Of a stretch of 64,000 bases of DNA, positions 48,915 to 62,199 are shown one piece after another. Source of the stretch: Octopus bimaculoides (taxonomy: Eukaryota); contig NC_068981.1 of assembly GCF_001194135.2 (NCBI RefSeq), positions 12,589,581-12,653,580 of the forward strand, in the 5' to 3' direction. The notes under the pieces were generated by a model, which was not told the origin of the DNA, searched no databases, and saw only the letters and a program-made list of their open reading frames with translations. The translations under genes and the position numbers were made by a program. Position 1 is the first letter of the stretch. Each line of letters starts with the position of its first letter.

Positions 48915-49450
48915 ATCTAATGTTCGCTTATGCCTAAACGCTGCTTGGTGCTGATACTTCCTACTTGCAACCTTGATGAGTTTATTTGTGTGATGTCCTT
49001 TGTTTCAACGTGTCTCAAATCATTATTGACTTTACTTGTCTCTTTATTTAGTCTCCATTGGTTAGCCTTCATAAAGTCTCATATAAATTCCGTCTCTTCT
49101 GTATTTAATAGATCCAAAATCCTTTTTATTATCATTTGGTCATCATTTTTGAAATTGTCACTGATCTCGATTCTTTTATGATCCATTGTAGTATATTTTT
49201 TCAGACACTTGTCCATCGCTTCCACTATACCACTTTCGTTTCGCGTATTCCCAGCATCACCTGATATTCTTTATTTAATAGCTTCTAGCTCAAGTTCTTT
49301 TAACCATCCATTCTTTCGTATTGTTCTTGCCTTTTCACATAATCTCTGTTCAGTAATTTCAAACAGATCTATTGCATTTCATTCTCTGCGCATTCATTTT
49401 CCCCCCTCTGAATGGCACGCCACTTGCATCCACTGGGATGCTCCACCATG
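48915..49450 (-). pseudogene. Degenerate R4-like LINE, N-terminal region
   Basis: Minus-strand [30 protein letters not shown] and KETSKVNNDLRHVETKDIT. Confidence 0.7.
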
Positions 49451-51339
49451 GCTAGGAATGGATGTATTACGAGCGGTCCAACCCTGCTGTACAGAGGGTC
49501 ACCTGTTGGATGCAGCGCCTTCATTATTGGTTCAATTCCCGTTTGCACTGCTATCGTTAGCCATTTTGCTCTCACAAATGAGGTACGGTTTTAGGTCACA
49601 AATAATCGGTATATTTACCGAGACACCGTGATAATCAGGATTGCCCGCCAAGGTCTTGCTGCCCTGGCTTTTGCATCTGTGTTAATGAAGTAGTATATTT
49701 CAGCATTAGTCGAATGGCTGATACAAAATTCACTTGTATTATTTAAATAATGTAGAAATAACTGTTGTTAAATTTTTGCGAGGAACTATGTTACGCAGTA
49801 TGCGTTGCTAAAATGTGTTTATTTTTCTTATACATATGTTATTTAATGTTTATTTTATGTGCGTTTGGTTAGGCTAAATTTTCTGTTTCCATGCTTCTGT
49901 TAGAGGTTAATTTATGCTTGAAGGCAGAAGTTTACAAAAGCATTCCAATATTTCATATAAACTGTCTATTATAAATCCTTCTGTAGCATGTCGCTCCTTC
50001 CATCTGGAAACTTATGGAGATAGGAAACACTAACATATTTCTGTGTTTGTTTTCGTTCAACAGTTTAGTCATATAAGAAGGACGTGTCTAAAATGTATTA
50101 CGTTTCAAACTCCAATGGGTTTGTCGTTCTGAATGGCAGCCAAAATGCATTAAAGAAAATCGAGAATCATTCCCGACAGACACGAATGCCCTGAACTTAC
50201 GAATGAATCAGCATTTCTTTCACAACAGCGTCATGTTTATTTCAAGCTTTCACTTTCACTATTTACTTGTGAAAATCTATTTGCTGTTTACGTATATGTG
50301 CAGGATCTAACTCCATAGTAAGAAGCATTTTTATTCATGATATTGTTTATGCTTTTCATGTAGCTTACTTCCAACTCATCTCTGTTTCGACAAACGTATA
50401 TCTATTAGGAAATGATTTGCGGAACGGATCCTTCTGTATTTATTCAGATTTTCAGATTTTCTTGTTTCAACTTTTTAATGGTAGGATGGTTCGACACATA
50501 TGAGTATTGTCTGCAGTTGTACGTAGTCAATCAAAGAAGTTTGTTGTTATTATTGTTTAGCCACAGTCGACTCTGTTCGGAACGACATCGTATCAAAATC
50601 ATTCTCAGCAGTAACATGTCTGAGATGATAGAACTATATGGAAATACATTTCATCAATTACCTTTTATATGTCAGAAAATAGAGTGAAGAAGTGCCTTGG
50701 CCACTATTTCTAGAACAGACATTGACTCCTTTTCCTAGCAGCGAATTGACTAGATGTTTTGGGTGTCGGCTGCTCTGATTCTCTGCACTTCGAGATCCAA
50801 TCTAATCATGGTTATTCCTAATTTTCATCATTCCGAGGTCATTAGATAATAAATATTCTTAATGAGTAAAAAAGAAGACAAATATAACTTCGATGAAAAA
50901 TAATAAAAGCACAAAGAATGGATGTTATATTTATTTGTTATATTTCAATTTTTATTGTTGCCTTTTAAACTCCTGTTCAATCGTAACACAGCTGACTTAA
51001 TGATTAAAGGAAAGATGTACATCGGATTCTTTGCAATATTTGTTCCCGTTTTCTGCGTTCTGAGTCAAATTCAATATAGGTATCTGGAAAGAAAAAAAAA
51101 ACACTAACATCAATAAGCAAATACTAGCCAAAAAAAAAAAAATGGTGTTGTACAGTGCAGGGAGTTGGTTCTTGTGATAGGGTTTCGTAAACTGGTGAAT
51201 ATTGATAACGATAATCTCATTCGTTGGCTTAATAGTGCAAGTAGTAACGTGCTTTATGATATATCATTTGCTACATCGTATTAACAAATTTCAACGTAAG
51301 TAGGATAATGTCTTCTAGAAACATAATTCATATAGGGAT

Positions 51340-51505
51340 CGTAGGAGTGGCCGTGTGTTAAGTAGCTTGCTTACGAACCACATGGTTCCGGGTTCAGTCC
51401 CACTGCGTGGCACCTCGGGCAAGTGTCCTATACAAAAGCCTCGGGCCTACCAAAGTCTTGTGAGTGGATTTGGTAGACTGAAACTGAAAGAAGCCCGTCG
51501 TATAT

Positions 51506-51551
<46 letters not shown>

Positions 51552-51761
51552 ATGTATGTATATATATGTATGTGTGTGTGTGTGTGTGTATATGTTTGTG
51601 CATCTGTGTTTGTACCCTAACATCGCTTGGCAACCGATGATGGTGCGTTTACGCCTCCGTGACTTAGCGGTTCGGCAAAAGTGACCGATACAATAAGTTC
51701 TGGGGTCGATTTGCTCGACTAAAGGCGGTGCTCCAGCATGGCCACAGTAAAAGATTAAAAG
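51340..51761 (+). mobile_element. SINE family A, near full length
   Basis: Colinear with 60872-61278. Confidence 0.93.
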
Positions 51762-51781
51762 AAATATGACACAGATACGTA

Positions 51782-52581
51782 CGAGGTGAGTTCAGAAAGT
51801 ATCCGATTTCACTTTTTCCTGGCAAAACTAATGCTGCGTAAGAAAATCTTTTGGGTGAGAGCTGATGCCATCTTTCCTGCGAGTGCGTGAACATTTTCGC
51901 GCCGGCAGACAGTGTCAGTTTCAGGCTGTTACGCCCAGTGTAAGGACGTGTAGCGTGCGATCGTAAGATCTTCGTTTTCACCGAACGCATCAAATTTTGC
52001 CAAAATCTTCGTGAGGCACAAGCTCAAACGATCCAGAAAATTCAGTTGGCCTTTGACGATGACGACATGGGAAAAACTCAAATCAAGGTGTAGTACATCT
52101 GCTTCAAATATGGCCGCAATTCAGTGGAAAGCGACGCACATTTCGGCAGACTATCTAGAAGTTGAAACGAGGAGCTGATTGAGAAAGTTCGGTGAATAAC
52201 CGTGGAAGACCATCGTGTTACAATTCAAGAAATTGCTCACAAAGTGGAAATAAGTACAGTGGGAATGAGCACAGGATTGTGCGGGCGGAATGTATCGACG
52301 AAATGTGTCCCCTAGTTTCTGGTGGAGCAGCGGAATCACCTTCGCATAGAAATCGTTCAGGACATGTTGGACTGTGCAAGCCAGGATTATGACTTCATGA
52401 AAACCATCTTATTGGTGAAGGCAAATGGGGCTATTATCTCTGCCCGAGGTATTCGGTCATCTTCTGTGAAAAAAAAAATCCTTCGAGGGTCTACAACACG
52501 TCTGTACTCTAAGCATAGTAGCCGGGACATGTCGCAGCCTACCGGCAAAAACATACTGTGATAGTTTTTGAACAAACCCCA
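51782..52581 (+). mobile_element. Internally deleted mariner (800 bp) retaining both TIRs
   Basis: TA at 51780-81 and 52582-83; TIRs CGAGGTGAGTTCAGAAAGTATC / GATAGTTTTTGAACAAACCCCA (16 of 22 positions match). N-terminal transposase relic IKFCQNL...GRNSVESDAHFGR...DHRVTIQEIA; catalytic domain absent. Confidence 0.82.
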
Positions 52582-54337
52582 TAGATTTTCATTAGCTTTA
52601 ATATCGGTGGTTGTAAAATGACTAAGAGACGAATTCATTTTATAAATTAAAAGGGAAGTCTTTTCATTTCCCCGATTAAATTATTCATTTCACGCAACTC
52701 TTCTGAAATATTTTGATTCTTATTTCTAATCGTATAACTCAAAGTACACAGTGAACTAAATCATGGCTGTCTAAATAAAAAGAATTATTGCTGTTGATAG
52801 GATTCGATATATGAAAAATAACAAATAACTTCGTTATCAACAGCTTAGGACGATGAACGGAAATTGTTGAAACCAAAGCATTTACAAAAACACGCACAGT
52901 GCAACCTTCAAAATAGAGCAATGTTACGTCCACTGTATGAGTAATATAGTTAACTAAAAACGGCAACATTTATTCAATACTAGACGTCTAAATATCCGAT
53001 GCCAAAAGTCACGCGAGACTGACGTGACATACGCATATGTATGCAACTCCTGTCATTCTTGATACACGAAAGAAAGTGAGTTAACAATTCGATCGTACAC
53101 AACAACATATTACTTAACATAATATTTTAATGCATAGCATAAAAAGAATATATCTGAGTTTATTTTAAAAAGTTATCCATTGTTAAAGTAATTCTCAAAT
53201 AGTAGCCACACTCTTACTCGCCCCAAAATTAATATAAACATCTTCAAATTGGTGAACCGAGTATATATCGAAATCACGCGGTTTGCTACATTTGTAAATG
53301 TCTTAGATTATATGCAGAATAAGATCTTTCTTCTCATCGGTAAATATTCACACACTAACAAGCGCAGATTCTTCACTCGCTTTTAGATTCTCGCTATCTC
53401 TGCTGTATCACACCTTGCAGAACCTGTTTTACATAAATTGCTTATTCCGTTGCTGCCAAATCTCAAGAGCTTTTATATTGCATATAAAAACAGATGCTGA
53501 TGAAGCTATTTAATAAAGATCGTAAACTTAGATAAATTGAGATGCCGTGGGGAGACGTGCGAAACAGTTTTACTTTTATATGATTTTAACTTGGAACTTA
53601 AGTTACAGGGAATTGCAAATATTATTTCACATTTGAATTAGAGAGTGCATTGGCTTTTACTTTTAAATATAAAAAAAAATGTTTAGAAATCCATTCACTA
53701 ACAGGAAGGGTAATGCTATATCTCAGCATTTATGCCTCAATCATAGTTACCATCAAGGCAACAGAAAACAAAATTTATTAGTAATAGCATCCGTCGGGTA
53801 TATCGAATATCAGCGCGTTTCCTATGAGTGGCATACAAACATATAGATACCCACATACACACAGAAATGCAAACACGTGCACCAGACTTTAACAGAAAAT
53901 CATGCAATACCATATAATCACATTCATTGTCTAGGTACTAGCTAGGGTGGTACATTGGCGGATTCGTTTGAGCGTCGGGAAAAAGTACTTGAGCTGAAAT
54001 ACCGCTGAGACTAGCTTTGTATTTCGTCTTCTCCTGGTCGATGAGAGAAAGTACAAGTTGTGTTCAAGCAAAAATATCCTTTATCTTCACCTCCCTCAAA
54101 GCGGATGGATCTGTGACTAAATATAAAGCAGTTATTCAGCAAATGTTTACGCATTAGAAGCATTTCACTGCTTACGTCATAGCACATCCCATGTCGGGAA
54201 ATACAAAATTATACATAGCCCACCACACATAAAACTACATATGTTCACCCAGGCACTCGCACGAAAATACACTCGCGCGCACGTGATTGTGCACGCGCAT
54301 AAGTGACGAGATATACATAAACAAAAACTTCGCACGT

Positions 54338-54559
54338 AAGGCGGCGAGCTGGCAGAAACGTTAGCACGACCGGCGAAATGCTTAATGGTATTTCGTCTGC
54401 CATTACGTTTTGAGTTCAAATTACACCGAAGTCGACTTTGCCTTTCATCCTTCCGGGGTCGATAAATTAAGTACCAGTTTCGCACTGGGGTCGATATAAT
54501 CGACTTAATGCTCTTGTTTGTCCCCTCTATGTTTAGCCCCGTGTGAGCAATAAAGAAAC
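54338..54559 (+). mobile_element. SINE family B, full length
   Basis: tRNA-like head with B-box GAGTTCAAAT; core GTCGACTTTGCCTTTCATCCTTCCGGGGTCGATAAATTAAGTACCAG; tail GCAATAAAGAAA. Confidence 0.93.
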
Positions 54560-54654
54560 AAACACGCGCGAATAAAATCATTTAAGTACTTGATTAGCAC
54601 ACGTAGAGTTTCGTTGCTACAGGGGTCAGTTTAGAGCCTTACGGTTTATCTTAA

Positions 54655-54939
54655 CGCTGGTTCTCAACAAGTTTCTTCCTATGGGCCCTTTTCATTATTA
54701 TTTCACTCTCCTGGACTCACATAACCATTCGATTTTTGAAAAAGTTCTACTATTATAAAAATATAATAAATTTTTTAAAATTACGTATTACTATCAATTG
54801 CATAGAAAATTAAAATATTCTTGTATTTTAGAAATATGACCAAGCTATTACGCACAAATTTCCACGAGAAAATTTTATACGGACCACGAAGTGTCAAATG
54901 GAACTGCAAGGGTCCGACAGACTCCGTTGAGAGCGACTG
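54655..54939. mobile_element. hAT/Charlie-like MITE
   Basis: Ends CGCTGGTTCTCAAC / GTTGAGAGCGACTG; TSD not cleanly preserved. Confidence 0.65.
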
Positions 54940-55565
54940 AGTTAATGAATAGAATGCTGATTAGCGAAATATGCCTACCTTTAAAAGGAGACACGTGCAT
55001 ATGTTCGTATATATACAGATATTTACACATATAAATACATACACACATACATATATATGTACATATATCTATTATGTGTTTACAAATATATGAACATTTA
55101 CAGAGACACACACGCACACACACATATACATACATTCATAAACAAGTTTGTATGTGTGTATACCAATATGCTTCTATAAGTCAATTTTTCTCCCAGTCAA
55201 AATTGCCTCCAAGTATTCTCTTCACTTCCGATCACATTGTCGTGCTATACTTCCTGTTTTCTCTGTCGTTCTTTCTCTCTCTGTGCCTTTTCTCCCTCTC
55301 TGCCTCCCTCTGTCTCTGTCTCTTTGTCTGTTTGTTCCTCTCTCTCTCATCCCGTTGATGTATCGATCTATTTTCTGTGTTTCTTTTCCGTTTACGACAC
55401 TATCTTACCTATTTATTATATATCTAATTAATCTACCTCACTGGTAGTACTTCAATTTTCTTCCCGACCTATATACAAAGATACCAAATTTAAGCAATTT
55501 TAAAACGTGACTCAAAAAGTAAAGCAGCGACGAAAGGAATTTTTATACCCTTCTATACATACATG

Positions 55566-55629
<64 letters not shown>

Positions 55630-56399
55630 ATTAAAAGAAAAACCATTATAAATAGTGGTCTTAATTATATACATATATTTTATGTTGGGAAATTGGAATT
55701 AGTTTTGCTAAATTGAATTTTTCGCTGTAAATTTGGATTTTATTCCCTAAAATTATATATACATATATATATATATATACATACATACATACATNNNNNN
55801 NNNNNNNNNNNNNNNNNNNNNNNNNNNNNNNNNNNNNNNNNNNNNNNNNNNNNNNNNNNNNNNNNNNNNNNNNNNNNNNNNNNNNNNNNNNNNNNNNNNN
55901 NNNNNNNNNNNNNNNNNNNNNNNNNNNATATATATATATATATACAGAGAGAAAGAGATAGAGATAGAGAGACAGGCATATGCACACTGAAATATGCATT
56001 TATTTCTCTGTGTGTGTGTACACGTATATATGTATGTATGCGTATGTCTCTATGGAAGCATGCATGCATTTATGCGTATCCGTATGTATATAACTCTGTT
56101 TTCACTGGAAATTATACGTGATATGATACATATTTAATATTCAATGATAAATTTTCCCTTTCGTTCAGAAGGTATCTCTTCATACAAGCATGTTAAAACA
56201 TCTTCCATACTAGCAAAGATTACATGCCTAGGGAAATAAATATAGGTTTATGATCTGAAAGAGTACATGTCCAAAACACCCGTGAACGGATGCCATATCA
56301 AACAAATAGATTCCGATTGATTTTTCTTCAGATAATCAGTTGAATCTGAATTACAAGTATGGAATATTTATATCGATTGATGAAAGATATTTCAATGGT

Positions 56400-56585
56400 T
56401 TTTGGCGTTGCTCTCCCTCAGGCCAATCTTGATTCAAAAGACCTTTGATGAAAGCGTTTCCAGCAGTGACCGTCCCATCATTTAAAGGTAACTAGGAATA
56501 CATTATTCAATATGTGTTTTCATTTTAAAAGATGGTAGGGTTTGGTTTGAGGAAGATTTGGCTACTATTACTAACTGATTCGTCA
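56400..56585 (+). mobile_element. Repeat family C copy
   Basis: Similar to the reverse complement of 13250-13505. Confidence 0.5.
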
Positions 56586-58079
56586 AGCATACCTTTGAAA
56601 TTTGTTATTCTTTATTCAAATAAATGAACGATGTTTCTGAGATGCACAAATATTAAAGTAGTTGGGATTGCTTGTATTTTTTAACAAACAAATGTAGTTT
56701 TCCTTCCTCTCTATAAAAATTTTGGGATGAATCCAAAACTAATAATATGTTAGATAAAATATCAAATATAATTTGGCACAAAAATCATTTATAGATGCTG
56801 TAACTGCGGTACACCGCTCTTTAATAAACACAAGCATATAATGAAAAACTAAAATATACTGTCGGTTTATTTTTGCCTACATATATCAAAGATATTGTTT
56901 GCATAAATATATTGAATAGATCTAATCTATAATAATTTACTATCAATATCAGACGTTTGGATCAAATTTATGCTTTATAAATGCTGTTTCTAAGATAACC
57001 TGACATCTGAATTACGTAGTGATAGAGAAACGGGGAGATGGCTGAATGCATGTGCGCAAATAAATGCTATTAAGATAAAAATGATGTAATGAATCTATAA
57101 TTAGCAACCATTCAATATTACCACATAAAATAGTGCTAATTCGTGATGTATTTTCTATATTTACTTCGTTTCTGCTGTAAGGTCATCAGCTATGAATATT
57201 ATATTTTCAGAATTTTAGTGAGGAAAGAATCGGATGCTTGTATTTTGAATGCTTTTGAACGGGATTGAGTTTGGTATAAACAAGAACAAAAACCAATGTC
57301 TATATCACCAATCTTTCGCTTCCCCTTTAGCTCACATCTCTAAGTGCGAATTCTTTAAAACTTATGCTAAGAAAATTTTCAGTAAATACGGCCATATACA
57401 GATCAGTCTTATCATCTCACAAATTGCACACGCACATAAATGCAATCGTTCTTCTCCCTCAATCTTTTTCTATAACTTTCACTTTTTTTCTTTTTTTTAT
57501 CAATACATGCGTATCTCGATGATAATTAGTATGTGTTATTCTATGCCTCTTCATAAGTGTGTGTGTGTGTAGTTTCCATTATCCTACCATTAGTATATTG
57601 TGAGAAATATTATTTAAAACATTATTATTCCAACAAATGAACGACACAGATTATCAACATAAGGTCAAAAAGCTTTTATAAATGATGTTGTCATGGATTC
57701 GAAATTTGAAAGAGAAATCCGATGGGTATTGAAAATTATAAAGTCACTTGTATCATAACATGTGGTATGTCGCTATGTTTACCGTACCTTTTACACATTT
57801 GAAGACAGTTCCGGAATTTTTAATGCACTAACTTTCTAATGTGTTATTACTGCTTATAACTATTTGTTGAAACAGTTTTAGAATCCTCAGAATCCTATTG
57901 ATTTACGGTGTCTTTTGTATCTACTTGCAAATGTTGAGTAAATCAATGATACTACTCAGCTTACATTTTGGAGCGATAAACGATCTTCCACCCGAGGCCA
58001 TAAAAGCGAGAACAGGGAACAATCCCAATGTATTATTGTTTTAACTTTCAATAGCGTACTTGCAGAATGTCATCTATAC

Positions 58080-58381
58080 CAGTGATTCTCAAAGTGGTGG
58101 TCCGCGGACCGGTGCCTGTCCGTGAGACATCACTGCCGGTACGCAGCGAGTTTCCAGAAAAGGAAAAAAAAAATTATAAACTGCTTATAAAATGCCTATG
58201 TAATATCGTATTATTTGTTTACAAAATAAATGAGATAAAAGAAAATTGTCAACTTTTATTATATTCATCATATATATTGATTCCGGTATAAATTAATATT
58301 ACTAAGAAATATTACCGGTCCCTGACACGTTGGAAAAAAAAAACTGCTGGGACTCCAAATCAGACGGTTTGAGAAGCACTG
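58080..58381. mobile_element. hAT/Charlie-like MITE (302 bp)
   Basis: TIRs CAGTGATTCTCAAA / TTTGAGAAGCACTG; left flank ATCTATAC is Charlie-like, but the right flank matches only 4 of 8. Confidence 0.8.
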
Positions 58382-58457
58382 ATCACGCCTACACATCACG
58401 CCTTTATGTAAAATTCAGGTCTAGTCTGAGAAGTATAGCATCATTAGCTACAACTCG

Positions 58458-58652
58458 GGCAGAAAGCTGGCAGAATCGTTAGAACGCTGAGGAAAACGCT
58501 TAGCGGCATTTCTTCGGTTCTGAGTTCAAATTTCGCTGATGTCGATTTTGCCTTTCGGTGTCGATGAAATACCAACTAGTCGAGCACTGGGATCGATATA
58601 ATCGACATATCCCTGCCCCGAACTTGCTGGCCCTTCACTACAATTTGAAACA
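58458..58652 (+). mobile_element. SINE family B
   Basis: AGCTGGCAGAATCGTTAG...GTTCTGAGTTCAAATTTCGC...GTCGATTTTGCCTTTC. Confidence 0.85.
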
Positions 58653-59734
58653 ATTGTTAACTATAACCGCGAGTTATATGGAACCTGGAGCAAATTGAAA
58701 ATGAAAGGTGAATGGTTAGGAATGTGAATTCGCAAAACATATATATGGCTTGTCAGTATAATCTTCTGCTAAAATTCAACTACAGCTAATAAAACGTTCA
58801 ATACATTATCAGTAGCACAAAGCTGACTTACAGTGTCATGTAGTGCGCTCTTGAAATACGCATGGCAACCATAAACAACGTTCTGCAGTTCTCATAAAAT
58901 ACAGCCCTCTATTCTGTAGATTTACATTTCATTGTGGCTGAAATCGTATTTCATTCCGTCAGATTTGATAAAATGGTTCCACTCCTACAAATTTGTAGAT
59001 TTTCATAGATGCAGGAAACATTATTTGTTCTGCAAGAGAAAAAATGAAAAAAAGAAATTACGTCGTTCACGTGGCTTGAAACAAGTTCTTTTCTATTAGA
59101 ATGACATTATTGCAAGAGAATGGTAGGAGAAAAGAATTAAAGAAATGGCTAACTTTCATTGACAACAATTTATATTGTCAGACACTCAATAAAACAATAA
59201 AAATCAAATCTTGTTTTATATGATTCACTAAATGACGACTACCACAATAAATGCTTTCTCAGATCAGTAGAACACGACACATTTCTCGAGAATGGCCTCG
59301 GTACATGTCTGATATTGATTTTATTAACCCCTGAAGAGAAGCAACATAAAAGACTTCCCGAAGAGAATAGTAATACAAGAAGAATATTAAAATTATATGA
59401 AATTTCGTGTGACATTTATACTAGTGCGTTTGAGATATTAGCTGTACTACTTCAAATCATTAAGTCACACAACTCACATGTCTATATACAGTTATATACT
59501 TGCATATTCAGTCGCACATCAACACACATAAACACAAACACAAATATATACGCATACATGTACAGACATATTTATATGAGTGTATATATGTATGTATGTA
59601 TGTTTTGTATGAAAATGTACGGATGGTGTGAATGTGGTACTCATAATTCAAGAAAGGTCACCTTACTTGGGAAATTACTACTGCTAGCCATTTAATGAAC
59701 AATAGATATATGTAAAACATTACCGATATTAACG

Positions 59735-59777
<43 letters not shown>

Positions 59778-59848
59778 TATGTGTTTGTGTGTGTTTGTGT
59801 GTGTTTGTGTGTGTCTGTATGTCCACGTAGACATGCAAATGTACGCAG

Positions 59849-59881
<33 letters not shown>

Positions 59882-60871
59882 AATGTATATGTGTATGTGA
59901 TTGAGTATGTGTATACAGTTACAAATAGTCAATTTATAGGCACCAGTAATAGGTTGTATTTTATTTTGTCACCACTTAAAATGGAAGTCAATGGTATTTT
60001 TGGCGGGATTTGAACCCAGAATATATGTAACTTGAATAATTACTGCAGTTTATTTTTTTTACGACGCTTTCAATCTGGTCCAAATTTATTATTTCTCTTA
60101 ATCTGCATACACCCATATATGTATAAATTATATACGTGTGTATGTTTTTGTATAGATATTTCAAAGAGGCACAACAAATATGAAGAGAAAGATGAAAAGA
60201 AATAGCGTGATGGATGAAATAACTGCTATTTAAAAATGACGTTTGTTTCAATGACTACTCTCTGCCGATAAATGTGTGCTGCTGCCGATGTTAGTTGATA
60301 GATGGAAAAAGTCAGTGAAGCGCTGAAAAGAATACCGTGTAGAATTTAATTACTTTTGTTTGCGTTCTGTTACAATACATTTGAGGTCGTGTATGACCTT
60401 CTTCGGTAAGGATCGGAGGATAAGAATCGAAAATATACCCACATTACCTTCAGAAATCGTAGTTCTGTGACAAATATGTGGTCGTTGAGGAAACCGAAGT
60501 CTATGATGTTTTGCCGCTCAGTTAAAATTCATTTACTATAATAGCTACCTCACGATATTCAAGTACTCGGAATATTTGTAACTCCTCTTTTGAAATTCGG
60601 ATGATCTAAATTGTTTCAAATATTGGGAAACAATTAGAGGGAAGTATTAAATAATGGAAAAAAAAAAAAAAAAATTTGCATTCTCTAGTGTAAACCATTG
60701 TATTCAAGCCGTTTTCTTTGTTCGTATTGAGAGCAACATATATGTTCTGATGCTGTTGGATATAGACAGATTGATTAAGGAATAGCACATCGTAAAACAG
60801 ATAAGTGTATTAATTACATGTAGATAATAAGTCAATGAATGTCTAGTAAGAATGAAATTTATTTAGACAAA

Positions 60872-61278
60872 GGCGCAGGAGTGGCTGTGTGGTAATAAGC
60901 TTTCTTAACAACCACATAGTTCCGGGTTCAGTCCCACTGCGTGGCACCCTGGGCAAGTGTCTTCTACTATAGCCTCGGGCCGACCAAACCTTGTGAGTGG
61001 ATTTGGTAGACGGAAACTGAAAGAAGCCCGTCGTATATATGTATATACATATGTGTGTGTGTGTGTGTGTGTATGTGTTTGTCCCTCTCCCCATCATCGC
61101 TTGACAACCAATGCTGGTGTGTTTATATCCCCGCAACTTAGCGGTTCGACAAAAGAGACCGATACAATAAGTACTAGGCTTACAAAGAATAAGTCATGGG
61201 GTCGATTTGCTCGACTAAAGGCGGTGCTCCAGCATGGCCGCAGTCAAATGACTGAAACAAGTAAAAGAGTAAAAGAGT
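60872..61278 (+). mobile_element. SINE family A, full-length reference copy
   Basis: tRNA-like head GGCGCAGGAGTGGCTGTGTGGT...GGGTTCAGTCCC, central (TA)/(TG) microsatellite, tail ending (GTAAAAGA)n. Confidence 0.95.
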
Positions 61279-62199
61279 AAACATCATGCATTTAATGAAT
61301 GGAAATATTACGAAATCTCTCAACTTGATATATAACGAACCAGCATGGAACATCATAGTTTTCACATGACCTCCAAGAAATAGGATCCTAATCTCTCTCA
61401 AATTCCACTATCTCCTCTTAGTAAGGAAATATGAGTAGATAATATGATCCCAAAACGCAATTTAAAAGGCTTCATGGCAGTGAGTGGTATTAGTTGAAAG
61501 GTAGGATTACTCGAACAAAGTTAACCCAACGATAAATAACAACTCCAAAAAAAAAAAAAAAAAACCTTCGAGTAATCAATTAACCGTAAATTCTCTTCAG
61601 TGCAGAGTGTAAGGTGCTTAATGGAATGCTGGCAAGAAAGTCATCAGAGGTCGTAAACTGATTAGCAAACTTACACGTCAGTTTTAACCTCCACCGGTGT
61701 TTTGATAACCAGGTTGTCTTGAACAACGGCGGATAGTTTGGAATCCTATTCACCATGACAAAATGGAAGAAAATATTTTCAGTTTACCCGGTTTCACTTG
61801 GTACGAGAATATGGAGATGTAGAAGGGGTGTCTAAATTAATACCCATGTAGTATGCTACTATAGAAATTATAACCCTCTGATGTGCACTAGATATATATA
61901 TATATCATAATAGGGTATACTCTTCTCCAATTCACCGTGGCGTTGGAACTGTCAGTTACATGAGGCTATTCAGAGATAATGCTTACTGGAACACCACAAC
62001 TAACGGTACATAATTTTATGGACGTTCCATTGTCATGACAGATATAATGGAAAAACAAATCACTTTTATAGCTATTCCAGAAATAGCTATAGATTACATA
62101 CCAAGGCCAAAAAGTAGCATGGTCATATTTTCATTCATAATGTAGTGGGAGTATAAGAAGTATCGCTTACGTACTAAAGACAGCATTTGCCATTCTAGA

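Noticed and set aside
49400-49700. HDV-like ribozyme at the 5' end of the R4-like relic (also tried 46150-46200)
   Set aside because: Local hairpins exist, but I could not assemble the P1-P2-P3-P1.1-P4 nested pseudoknot with a catalytic C.
60456-60507. Hammerhead-like string ATCGTA..CTGTGA...GAAAC-CGAA-GTC-TATGAT
   Set aside because: A6 is missing, there are three extra nucleotides before the core, stem II is weak, loop 3 is not palindromic and there is no second copy. At best a very old relic; worth including in a relaxed motif search.
60872-60950. SINE heads as tRNA genes
   Set aside because: They have A/B-box-like motifs but no complete cloverleaf, and they continue into SINE bodies.
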